A stretch of DNA of 64,000 nucleotides from Candidatus Aldehydirespirator sp. (lineage in GTDB: Bacteria > Actinomycetota > Acidimicrobiia > Acidimicrobiales > Aldehydirespiratoraceae), in NCBI GenBank assembly GCA_965220345.1, contig OZ244822.1, positions 1,865,245-1,929,244 on the forward strand, written 5' to 3'. The position numbers and the translations under genes were made by a program. The notes under the pieces were generated by a model that had not been told where the DNA came from, searched no databases, and saw nothing but the letters and a program-made list of their open reading frames with translations. Below are positions 47,207 to 56,800 of this stretch, piece after piece. Numbering within the stretch: the stretch's first letter is position 1; each line of letters begins with the position of its first letter.

Positions 47207-47466
47207 ACATCAGCTAAATCTTCGGGAACGTCCCGGTGATTTTCTGAGAGAATGCCGAGGCATCTAGTTACTGACATCTTGGCTGGGAGGGACACGTATC
47301 CCGCCATATGGTCAGGCACTTCCATCGTATCGGAGACTGTGAGAGCGACCCTTTGAGTGATTTGCTGCATGTATGTCACAGGAGCGTGATTAGCAGTTTC
47401 AGCACAACCTTTAACACTATCGACCTTGGGACTCTCAGAAGTCACGCAGTTAGACAGATATGGCAT
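47182..47466 (-). CDS. hypothetical 94-aa ORF
   Basis: ORF only; it overlaps the start of the downstream membrane-protein ORF by 25 nt. No recognisable motifs. Confidence 0.3.
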   Translation of the reverse strand: MPYLSNCVTSESPKVDSVKGCAETANHAPVTYMQQITQRVALTVSDTMEVPDHMAGYVSLPAKMSVTRCLGILSENHRDVPEDLADVCAFLVSQ

Positions 47467-47578
47467 GCTTCAGCTTTGCCTCACGGTCTTGAGTGCTCCC
47501 CAATCCAGTGCATCTCTCGCTGAAGAAGGCAGCGAATCAGGCGACTAACCGCTTGCCCAAAAGAAGGTTTCATGGGGT

Positions 47579-48634
47579 TCAGGGAACTACGGTTAGTTCG
47601 GTGGCTTTTAGCGAAGCCCAGACCTGTAAACCAGGTCGCAAGCCGAGTTCGTCTGCGGATCGGCGGGTCACTTCGGCAAGAACGTCTGCTGGACCCGTCA
47701 GATGCACGCGGGCTCTCTCCCCATCGGTGTCAACCCGCTGCACTACACCCTGCCAGGTGTTGCGGGCGCTGCCCGCTGGCTGGGAATCATGCAAGGTCAC
47801 AGCGTGCGCGGCAAAGGTCACTATGACATCGCCGGATGCTTCCTCAGCGATGGTCAACACCAGTCCCGCAGCGGTGGTGACTGAAGTTCCCTTAGCGTGT
47901 CCGGTCATCACGTTGGCACCCAAAAACGCGGCCGCCCATTCGCAGCCGGGTGCTGCGGTCACCTCGGCTAATGATCCCTGGCTGACCACACTGCCCGCAT
48001 CTAGAACCACCACAGTCTGAGCCAGCGTGGCGACATCCACAGGATCATGAGTAATCAGGATCGTGTGCCTCGCCGCCGACTCGCCCAGCAAGCCACGCAA
48101 CTGCGCCCGACCCGAAGAATCCACCGCTGCGAGCGGCTCATCCACGATCAGCACATCGGGTTCGACTGCTAAAGCTCGGGCTAGTGCCACCCGCTGGCAT
48201 TGCCCCCCAGACAAAACATCAGGCCGCTTCTGCCAGGCACTCGGATCCAAGCCCACCCGCTCCAGTGTTTCCGATGCTCGGCTGCGAGCGCGGCGACGAT
48301 CAACCCCATAGCGCCGCAAACCGAAAGCCACGTTGTCGATCGCTTTAAGATGCCCGAAGAGCCGGTAGTCCTGAAACACCATGCCTACTGAACGCGACTC
48401 GGCAGGCACAAACACACCTGCTTCAGGATCATCAACGACAGTCCCGTCTATGAGCAGACGACCTCGGCGCAGACGATCAAGCCCAGCCAATGCTCGCCCC
48501 AAGCTGGTCTTGCCAGCACCGTTAGCTCCGATCACAGCAGTAACGCCTTCGCCGATTTCTACCCGCTCGGCTAGCAGTGCCCAGCCTGGGCGTGCCAGCT
48601 CGCCGTCAAGTTCGACGGTCATCTTGGTGTCCAA
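47579..48634 (-). CDS. modC: molybdate ABC transporter ATP-binding protein with C-terminal TOBE/Mop domain
   Basis: Walker A GANGAGKT, signature LSGGQCQRVALARAL, Walker B LIVDEP and a C-terminal TOBE-like segment. Follows modA and modB. Confidence 0.88.
   Translation of the reverse strand: MDTKMTVELDGELARPGWALLAERVEIGEGVTAVIGANGAGKTSLGRALAGLDRLRRGRLLIDGTVVDDPEAGVFVPAESRSVGMVFQDYRLFGHLKAIDNVAFGLRRYGVDRRRARSRASETLERVGLDPSAWQKRPDVLSGGQCQRVALARALAVEPDVLIVDEPLAAVDSSGRAQLRGLLGESAARHTILITHDPVDVATLAQTVVVLDAGSVVSQGSLAEVTAAPGCEWAAAFLGANVMTGHAKGTSVTTAAGLVLTIAEEASGDVIVTFAAHAVTLHDSQPAGSARNTWQGVVQRVDTDGERARVHLTGPADVLAEVTRRSADELGLRPGLQVWASLKATELTVVP
47591..47626. repeat. 36-bp direct repeat, copy B (inside the modC 3' end)
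   Basis: Exact match to 45240-45275. Confidence 0.95.
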
Positions 48635-49500
48635 CGATCTCGCAAAGTCACTAGCACAGCCAGCGCTACTGCCATCAAGATCAGGCTGACCGCCACAGCG
48701 GCTTCTGGGTCACGCTCCAAAGCCAGATAAGTCTCTAACGGCAGGGTGCGGGTGCGGCCACCGAAAGACCCTGCGAATGTGAGCGTGGCACCGAACTCCC
48801 CTAAAGCTCGTGCCCAGGCTAGCGCAATACCAGCAAACAGTGCTGGACGGATCGTCGGCAGTGTTACATGCAGGATCCGAGCCCAGGCACCCGCTCCGAG
48901 AGTTGCTGCCGCCTCATCGAGTTCGTTACCAGCTTGGCGTAGGGCAGCTTCGACAGTGATCACAAAAAATGGCAGCGCCACAAAGGCTGCTGCGACCACC
49001 GCCCCGGCTGTGGTGAACGGCAAGCTCACCCCGAACCAAGAGTCAAGCCATTGACCCACCAAGCCGCGCCGTCCCAGCGCGAACAGTAGAGCCGTGCCAG
49101 CCACCACCGGAGGTAGCACCATCGGTAGCATCACCACAGCACGAACCAGCCGCGGGAACCGCAGCCGTCGACGAGCTAGTACGAACGCCAATGGCAGTCC
49201 CAGCACCAGGCAGGCTGCGGCGGCGGCCACGCTAACAATCAATGAAACCCTTAAAGCCTGTAGCACATCGGAACTACGCAAGATTGACAGCAGAGCTGAC
49301 CAGGGCGCTCGCTGCAGAAGCCCCGCAATCGGCAGAGCCAGCAGAGCGAACGCTATGAAACCCACCCAGGTGAGAGTCGCAGGCAGTTTGCTGCCTAGAG
49401 GCTGTTGTTCGACTTCTGAGACACGCTTGCTTGCAGTGGCGGCGTTGCCGCTGGCAGGAGTGCTGCCGGTTTTAGAGTCGTTCTCGGTGACGGCTTTCAT
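48619..49500 (-). CDS. modB: molybdate ABC transporter permease
   Basis: Has the EAA loop LDEAAATLGAG and about 5-6 TM helices. Shows ATGA overlap with the modA stop. Confidence 0.88.
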   Translation of the reverse strand: MKAVTENDSKTGSTPASGNAATASKRVSEVEQQPLGSKLPATLTWVGFIAFALLALPIAGLLQRAPWSALLSILRSSDVLQALRVSLIVSVAAAAACLVLGLPLAFVLARRRLRFPRLVRAVVMLPMVLPPVVAGTALLFALGRRGLVGQWLDSWFGVSLPFTTAGAVVAAAFVALPFFVITVEAALRQAGNELDEAAATLGAGAWARILHVTLPTIRPALFAGIALAWARALGEFGATLTFAGSFGGRTRTLPLETYLALERDPEAAVAVSLILMAVALAVLVTLRDRWTPR

Positions 49501-50264
49501 GGTGGCCCGAAACCTTGATCAGCAAAGATCATGGCAGCCTTGCCGTCGCTGTCGGTGAAATCATCAAGCAAAGCTTGCACTCTCAGCGAGGGTTGTGCCG
49601 ACACGGCAGCAATGTGGTAGCGGTTGCTGAGCCCTTCAAGCTGCGGTGCATCCACCATCGGCAAGTCTGCGGCTAAAGCGTCGCTGCGATAAATCAAGCC
49701 AGCGTCAAGTTCACCCAGCGAGAGCTTGGCCGCAAGAGCACGCACGTTCAGCTCCAGCGTGTCGGCAGCGGCTTCTATCTGAGCATCCGCTAATGCCTGC
49801 TGTGACAAGGCTCCACACGGCACGGCTTCAGCGCACAGCCCGATCAGCAGCTCACTGCGGGACAGATCGGCCAGTGCGGTTACTCCGCCGGGATTGCCCG
49901 GCGCGGTTGCTAGCACCAGCGAGTTGCTGGCGATCACAGTCGTGTCACCTTGCACCGAACCGTCCGCGACAGCTTGGGTCATAGTGGCGGCATCCGCAGT
50001 GATCAAAATGTCGGCGGACGCACCCGCCGCCAGTTGAGCAACCAAAGTGGAGCTTCCCGCGAACACGGCGTTCACGTTGTTGTGTTCAGCGATCACCGCT
50101 TCGACAGCATCAGTCAACGACGAGGCAGCCATCACCACGTTTTCGTCGTCGTTGCCGCCAGCGCATCCGACACCCAATAGCAACAATGCCGAAGCTCCAG
50201 CTAGAAGGCCACCCAGCAGTCGATGCGGTCGCATCTTCGGGCCAGTGTCGCGTGCCGACACCAT
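49497..50264 (-). CDS. modA: molybdate ABC transporter substrate-binding protein
   Basis: Signal with GVGC lipobox and ModA-like family pattern (VFAGSSTL...ADILITAD). Operon context. Confidence 0.85.
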   Translation of the reverse strand: MVSARDTGPKMRPHRLLGGLLAGASALLLLGVGCAGGNDDENVVMAASSLTDAVEAVIAEHNNVNAVFAGSSTLVAQLAAGASADILITADAATMTQAVADGSVQGDTTVIASNSLVLATAPGNPGGVTALADLSRSELLIGLCAEAVPCGALSQQALADAQIEAAADTLELNVRALAAKLSLGELDAGLIYRSDALAADLPMVDAPQLEGLSNRYHIAAVSAQPSLRVQALLDDFTDSDGKAAMIFADQGFGPP

Positions 50265-50352
50265 ACAGACCCGTAAATCTAGCCTCGCTCGGCGGCGGCC
50301 ACACGAAGGCTCAGACAGTTCGACTGTTAGGCCGGTGGGAGGCGTGATGCCG

Positions 50353-51156
50353 CTATGAGCAGATGCCGGGTTGTCGCACTATCACTTGAAGAGCGGTGAT
50401 CGCATTCATGATCGTGCCGGGTTCGGCGACAGCACCAGCAGCGGTTACGAGTTCCGTAGCGATCTGTTTTGCCTCAGAGCCACCAAAGGGCGAGACATTG
50501 CATGCCCGATCAAGCATTGTTCTCCATTCAGCGAGCGCTGTCACCCCTAGTAGTCCCGTCATTTGATTCCAGGTCAATACGGTGCTTGCCAGTGGCGGAT
50601 ACGGAAAAGTTTCTGGGCAGCCTTGAGGTGATGAGTAGGCGAGTCTCCACAGCACCCACACTCCAGCATCTATGAGTGTGGCATCTTGCATCAAAGGACT
50701 GAAATCGTCAGGGTTTCCTCCATCGGAGCGGATCAACTCAGCAGCTAGCGCCTCTGCTGGGCTGCGCTCCCAGATCGGCGCATCACAAGCTCGCTGCACA
50801 CGCTCTACCCAGACTTCCTCTTGTGGGTCTGCCAAACCCGTAAAAGACTGCCATAGCTGGGTATGCATACCGACAAATGCAGGACTTTCTATAGACACAG
50901 GGCGTTCTGGAACTGGCATAACAGCAGGATAGGCTGCGACTTCAGGTAGCTCTAGAGAGCTTTCTATATCTGGTGTGGTTTCATTCTCGGCAGATAAAAG
51001 CGGAACCGTCACAGTCACCGTTTCAGACGCAGCAGCGATGCTTCCGTTCGGCGGCAGCCCTCTCACAGCTACGGTTTCAGAGTCGCTGGAGCATCCGCTG
51101 GCACAAAGAGCCAGCCCCACCAAGACGGCCAGCCCCCAATACATAGAAAAGCTCAT
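50353..51156 (-). CDS. hypothetical lipoprotein
   Basis: Signal GLAVLVGLALCASGC|SSDSE. No family recognised. Lies immediately downstream of the secreted-protein gene. Confidence 0.55.
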   Translation of the reverse strand: MSFSMYWGLAVLVGLALCASGCSSDSETVAVRGLPPNGSIAAASETVTVTVPLLSAENETTPDIESSLELPEVAAYPAVMPVPERPVSIESPAFVGMHTQLWQSFTGLADPQEEVWVERVQRACDAPIWERSPAEALAAELIRSDGGNPDDFSPLMQDATLIDAGVWVLWRLAYSSPQGCPETFPYPPLASTVLTWNQMTGLLGVTALAEWRTMLDRACNVSPFGGSEAKQIATELVTAAGAVAEPGTIMNAITALQVIVRQPGICS

Positions 51157-51195
51157 TATCCCGCCTCCCTCACATCTCCATTATCGTCGTAATGA

Positions 51196-52374
51196 TTACC
51201 CAGCAATAGCGGCTGAAAGATGGTATCCAGTTACATGTGGCACCCAGTATCTGTCCCATGCAGAATGTGATGAGCAAGCTGCAACTCGATTGCCACGCGC
51301 TTCCTGCCAATCACTATTGTTAATTGTGCCTGCCCAGCTACTGTAATATGTAGCAACTGCACCTTGACCTGCCCAGTCATAGATACACCATCCGTTCAAA
51401 TAGCCATATGCCCACGCAGCAACGTGTACCCACATGCATGCAAATTCACGAGAAAGATCCGATGTCCGCCTTGATGATGCGCCGAAGTAGTTTGTAGATG
51501 TGTTTCGATGATTTCGCGTCTCCATGCATGGTTGAGAATATAGGTCTGTGATGACCTGTGTCCGTGATGCAGTGTGTGCAGTTGAACCTTGAGATAGAGC
51601 ATCTATATGTCCTTCAAGTTCGGTTTTGCCCTCAAGTTCTTGCTGAGTGCCGACCTTAGTTCCTTCAGGAACAACAACCGAGAGCATGGATGGGTCACCC
51701 TTCTGTTGCGTAACCGAGCCAGATGTGAACCGAGCAGAGTGGATGCCTGCTGTCATACCAGAACTCTTCAGTATGAGTTTGTCGTATGCAGTGCCGCTGT
51801 AACGCTCATGGGTTCCAGTCGTTGCAGGCGTAACAGCAAAATGTTTATCGTTCTTTACGGAGTAAAATGATGGGTCTGCTTCAGTTCCAGCCACTATCTT
51901 TATTAGCTGGTTACCTTCTCCATCGTAAGCTATTTCTTCGTAGGCCCCCGATCCATCCAGAGAGGTTGACATAACTCGATAGCGGCCGTCAGAAGCTGTC
52001 CAAACTTCTATATGTCGGTAAGAGGTGCCAACTGTCGATTTGATTACTTGAGAGCCCTTTGTGTAATACCACTCGGTTACATTATCATCCGATGTTTGAG
52101 TTGCTGTGTTGTGGCTACTTCCTTGAGTCTCCGTCGCTACCTGGGTCTCAGTTGAAGGAACAGGATCAGATTTTGTTTGCTGAGCATAAGCGATAGAACC
52201 GCCAGTCAAACTCCAGCCGACAACTATTGTAACCAAAGCTTTTCGACTTAATGTTGAAGAGTGCGTTCTGTCTATCTTGAGAATTTTACGGGCGCGCTTA
52301 GATTGAACTCTTTCGAAGGGGTGTCCTTGATCAGTCATGGTGGTTGCTAATAACCTTTCAATTGGCACTTGCAC
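51196..52374 (-). CDS. hypothetical secreted protein (W/C-rich C-terminal region)
   Basis: Basic N-region plus hydrophobic segment KALVTIVVGWSLTGGSIAYA|QQ. The start may be the internal M at 52338. AT-richer codon usage. No family recognised. Confidence 0.5.
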   Translation of the reverse strand: MQVPIERLLATTMTDQGHPFERVQSKRARKILKIDRTHSSTLSRKALVTIVVGWSLTGGSIAYAQQTKSDPVPSTETQVATETQGSSHNTATQTSDDNVTEWYYTKGSQVIKSTVGTSYRHIEVWTASDGRYRVMSTSLDGSGAYEEIAYDGEGNQLIKIVAGTEADPSFYSVKNDKHFAVTPATTGTHERYSGTAYDKLILKSSGMTAGIHSARFTSGSVTQQKGDPSMLSVVVPEGTKVGTQQELEGKTELEGHIDALSQGSTAHTASRTQVITDLYSQPCMETRNHRNTSTNYFGASSRRTSDLSREFACMWVHVAAWAYGYLNGWCIYDWAGQGAVATYYSSWAGTINNSDWQEARGNRVAACSSHSAWDRYWVPHVTGYHLSAAIAG

Positions 52375-52487
52375 TAACAGATCATACAGGCCATGGGATG
52401 GCTTGTCAAGGTAGGGATAGTCGCTAGTTGTAGTGGTTATAGAGGTTGGTAGCTCAGTCTTACTTATGAATCAGCTAATATTGGGAG

Positions 52488-53585
52488 ATGAACATTTTTG
52501 CTCAGGTATCGCCGTCGCAGGGGCTCGCTGAAGCCTGCGGGGAATCCAACCGCGGTTTCGTGTGCGAGCGGGTCTTTGACTGGACTGGCAACGACAGTCT
52601 GGCTACCGCAGCTGAATGGTTGCTTGACCGCCCGATCCGTATAGCCCTGATCTTGGTAGCAGCTTGGATCGCTACCCGCATCGTTAGACGCGCCATAGTG
52701 CGCTTCACCAAGCGCATCGCCACCGCTCCGAGCAGCGACCGGCTGAAGAAGCTGCGTGAGAAGGGGCCGGTGAAAAGTCTCGCTGATGCTGACGCTCGCT
52801 CCCGCGCCGAGTCACGAGCCGAGACCCTAGGTCATGTGCTGCGCAGCGTGACTGTGGCCTTGATTTGGATTTTTGCGCTGCTGATCGTGCTGGGCGAGAT
52901 CGGCGTAAACCTAGGCCCGCTGATTGCCGGGGCTGGTATTGGCGGTGTGGCACTGGGTTTTGGTGCCCAGTCGATCGTCAAGGATTTCTTGTCGGGCTTG
53001 TTCATGCTGATCGAAGATCATTACGGCGTGGGTGATGTCGTAGACCTCGGTTACGCCACCGGAATAGTCGAGGAAGTGTCGCTGCGGTCGACAACCATCC
53101 GCGATGTTAAGGGCACCGTCTGGCATGTGCCCAACGGCGAGATCGCTCGTGTCGGCAACTTCTCGCAGCTCTGGTCACGCGCCTTGATCGACGTTGAAGT
53201 GGCGTATGACACCGATTTGCGCATGGCCATGGGCTTGATCCACAAGGTGGCGCAAGAGTTCTGGGAAGACCCCGAATGGGGTGGCGACGAACTGGCGGAA
53301 TGCCCCGACGTGTGGGGTGTGCAATATCTGGGCGCGTCAGGCATCGCTTTGCGTGTGGCTGTCAAGACGGAGCCGTCGATGCAGTGGAGTGTCGAACGCG
53401 AACTGCGACTACGGCTCAAGGAAGCCTTCGACGAGGCTGGCATCGAGATCCCGTTCCCTCAGCAAACGCTGTGGTTCCGTAACGACGACGAAGCCACCGA
53501 CTCTGGCCTGTCCGAACCTACGAGAGCCGCTCTGCGAGCCATATACGACGAGAAGCACGCCCCCAAAGCCGTCGAGGATTCCTGA
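52488..53585 (+). CDS. mscS: small-conductance mechanosensitive channel (MscS family)
   Basis: TM3/beta-domain signature GAQSIVKDFLSGLFMLIEDHYGVGDVV...VPNGEI. Confidence 0.85.
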   Translation: MNIFAQVSPSQGLAEACGESNRGFVCERVFDWTGNDSLATAAEWLLDRPIRIALILVAAWIATRIVRRAIVRFTKRIATAPSSDRLKKLREKGPVKSLADADARSRAESRAETLGHVLRSVTVALIWIFALLIVLGEIGVNLGPLIAGAGIGGVALGFGAQSIVKDFLSGLFMLIEDHYGVGDVVDLGYATGIVEEVSLRSTTIRDVKGTVWHVPNGEIARVGNFSQLWSRALIDVEVAYDTDLRMAMGLIHKVAQEFWEDPEWGGDELAECPDVWGVQYLGASGIALRVAVKTEPSMQWSVERELRLRLKEAFDEAGIEIPFPQQTLWFRNDDEATDSGLSEPTRAALRAIYDEKHAPKAVEDS

Positions 53586-53764
53586 CGCATCTCTTGCAGA
53601 AAAGGCGAGACCTTGGTTTGAGGGTGGTTGCGTGAGTGGTATTGGTCTGCTACTATGTCGCGTAAATATTCTTGTCCCCGAAATTGTTAGGAGCTGGTCA
53701 TGAAAGTTTCTGGGTTGTCTGGTGGTGTGGGTTTGTCGTCGCCTGACGCGTCCGTGACCCGCGC

Positions 53765-53774
53765 GGGGGGGGGG
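53765..53774. repeat. G10 homopolymer between an RBS+ATG (53700) and the long Calx-beta ORF
   Basis: Ten consecutive G read directly. The ATG at 53700 is in frame 0 and the long ORF is in frame 1. Confidence 0.95.
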
Positions 53775-53811
53775 TGGCTGCCTTCTGCTTCGGTTTGGGT
53801 GGTCGCGTGCG

Positions 53812-56800
53812 GTGGTCGTGTTGTTGGTGGCGGTGTTGCTTGTCGCTGGGTTGGGGGTTGTTGATTCTGGGCGTGTAGTTGCTCAGTCGACTCCGCCTGC
53901 TGCGGTTTCGGTTCCGGTTGTTAATGCTGATGGCACGGTTACGGTGCCGTTTAGGTGGTCGTTGAATCCTGCTGGTAGTCGTGCGGGTGATAAGTTCCGT
54001 TTGTTTTTTGTTACTTCTACAGTGCGTGATGCTCAAGCGACTGATATTGCTACGTATAACAGTTTTGTGCAGGATCGCGCGGCTGCGGGTCATCGTGCTA
54101 TTCGGGGGCATTCGGAGACGTTTCGGGTGGTGGGTTCTACGTCGTCGGTGGATGCTCGTGTGAATGCGAAGCTGGGGTCTTCTGATGTGGTGGCTCCGAT
54201 CTATTGGTTGGATGGGTCGCGTTTGGCGCGGAATTATGGGAATACGGCTGGGGAGGGTTTTTGGTCGCCTAGCTTGGAGGTTTCAGGTGTTGATGCTGTG
54301 CGTGATGAGCGGGGACGCCTATCAAGTCGCAGCAGCCTCGCAGGCACCAAATTTATGTCTGCTGGTGCTTTGGTATGGACGGGCAGCAACGCTGACGGCA
54401 CGAAATGTTCTGATTGTGCTTTGGGTGATAGTGGGACTGTGTCGGTAGCGGAGTATGATGCTTTGTCGGTGGTGGGCACAGTACTTAATGCTTCAAATGA
54501 TACAGAATTGCCTTTTTATGGTATTTCGCCGGTGTATGTGATTGCTGCTAATGCGTATGATTGTGATGATGGTGATGGTGACGCGACGACGTTGAGGTTG
54601 TTTGAGACTGCTGTTGCGGATTCGTATTGTGATTTTGTGGCTCCTGCGGGTACGGTTTGGCGGAGTGTGGATTCTGTTACGGTGACGAAACTGGAGTTGG
54701 CGCCTGAGGTGGCTCCTGAGGCGGTGTTTGGGGATCCGAGGGTTGTGACTGCTGATATGGATATCACTGATACTGCTTTACATGATGAACGTATTTTTCA
54801 TGATAAAACATTTTTTGCTGATAGAACCGGTGATCCCCCGGCTCCAGGTAGTCCCCCGAGTCGTGATTATGTAGCGTATTTCAATCAAAATGCTGCGTCT
54901 AATACTGTTGGGGGTTACAGGGTTATCGATATGTTGGTTGCTACTTTGGATTCCGGTGGTCGTCCTACTAGTAATGTTGATGCTGCGTTGATGAAGAAGC
55001 TGGCGGATTCGTTGGTGACGGTTGATTTAGCGAGTTTTGATGGTGAGACGGGTAATGAGACTGCTTCTTTGAGGTTTAGGGATGGTCCGTTGTGCGCGTC
55101 CGCGCATCAGCTTGGCGAGGTGCGCGCGGTTGCTGCTAGGGATGCGGTAGTTGATGACCCGAACACGCCTCGTGATGAGACGAGGCCGGCTGTTGAGGCT
55201 GTAGCGCATGAGCCGGGTTTGTTTCCGTATGGTGTGTTCGGGTATTTTTGGGGTAAATATCCGGGTTCGGGTGTTGAGGGGCGTACTGCTGCGTGTGTGC
55301 AGTTTGAGGTGGAGGTTACTTTGAGACCGGCTGATGATAGTACTCCTAAAAAGATCAAGGTTCGTGTGAAAGATAATCAGAATGGTCGTCATTCTGTGTT
55401 TAGTGAGGAGTATCCGAAGCATACTGTGCAACAACAAGAAACCAGCAGCAGTGATGCTGTGTCAGCGCAGTTGTTGGCTGATGTGAAAGCGTATGCGGCT
55501 GAGGCTTTTCATGGCAGTGAGCATGTGAGTCGTTGGAGGCGTGTGCTTGTGGCTTTTGGTGAGAGCGTGTCTGGGTTCACGGGCACACCAATGACCGCTA
55601 GCGAAGCGCAAACCTATGCTGATAAAGGCTGGAGTCGTTGGGATCCAGTCGTCACCGCGCTCACAGCGTTAGAGGCACAAGCCAGCACAGACACCACCAG
55701 CAGCGACCAAACCGACACTACTGAGACTGAGTCTGAGACTAGCGAGTCTGGTTATGTGGTGCCTGCATCGCTGGTTGCGAACGTGCAGGGTTACGCAGCT
55801 GAAACTGGTAATGGTGCCGCGCATGTGAATCGTTGGAAGCGTGTGCTGTTGGCGTTTGGTGAGTCTGTGCCTGGGTTCACTGGCAGCTCAATGACGGTTA
55901 GCGAAGCGCAACAAAACGCGCAAACGTTCTGGAGTGTTCGCTGGGATCCGGTAGTTACTGCGCTCAAAGCATTAGAAGCAAACCAACAACAGCAACAATC
56001 CCAGCAACAACAGCAGGTTCAGCCACCACCACCAACAACAACCACAACACTACCACCGCCACCACCGGTTCCTGAGGTCAGTATCACTGCTGGTAGCACG
56101 GTCACTGAGGGCAGCAACGCAACGTTCACGCTTAGCGCGTCTCCGGTGCCGTCAGCCGCGTTGCAGGTCAATGTGAATGTCGCTTCTAGTGGTGATTATG
56201 GTGTGACCGCAGGCTCTCAGACAGTCTCGATCCCTACTAGCGGGTCTGCTACGTTCACTGTTGCTACATCGGGTGACTCTACTGATGAGCCGGACGGGTC
56301 TGTGACCGTCACGTTGGCTACCGGCAGCGGTTATGACCTGGATTCGTCTACATCTTCAGCAACAGTTGCTATTGCTGATGATGACGACCCGCTACCGCTG
56401 CTGACTCCTGAGGTCAGTATTACTGCTGGTAGCACGGTCACTGAGGGCAGCAACGCAACGTTCACGCTTGCTGCGTCTCCGGTGCCGTCAGCATCTTTGG
56501 GTGTGTCTGTGAATGTCACCTCTAGGGGTAGTTATGGTGTGACCACAGGCTCACAGACAGTCACGATCGGAACCAGCGGCACAACTACGTTCACGGTCGC
56601 TACTACGGGTGACAGCATTGATGAGCCTGACGGGTCTGTGACTGTGACGTTGGCTACCGGCTCTGGTTATGACCTGGATTCATCTGCGTCAGCAGCAACC
56701 GTTGCTATCTCTGATGATGACGATCCGCTACCGCCTCCGCCGCCGCTTGTGGATGTGGTTACGATTTCTGTGCAGGACAGTATCTATGTTGAGGGTCGGA

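Noticed and set aside
50265-50352. Possible molybdenum-cofactor (Moco) riboswitch upstream of modA.
   Set aside because: Only about 88 nt are available between modA and the upstream gene, shorter than the known motif. I could not recognise its conserved helices by eye. Rfam cmscan (RF01055) would settle it.
55465-56733. Diversity-generating retroelement (template/variable repeat) explanation for the internal repeats of the large protein.
   Set aside because: No reverse transcriptase gene is nearby and both copies lie inside the same ORF as tandem domains. Differences are not adenine-specific as far as I can see.
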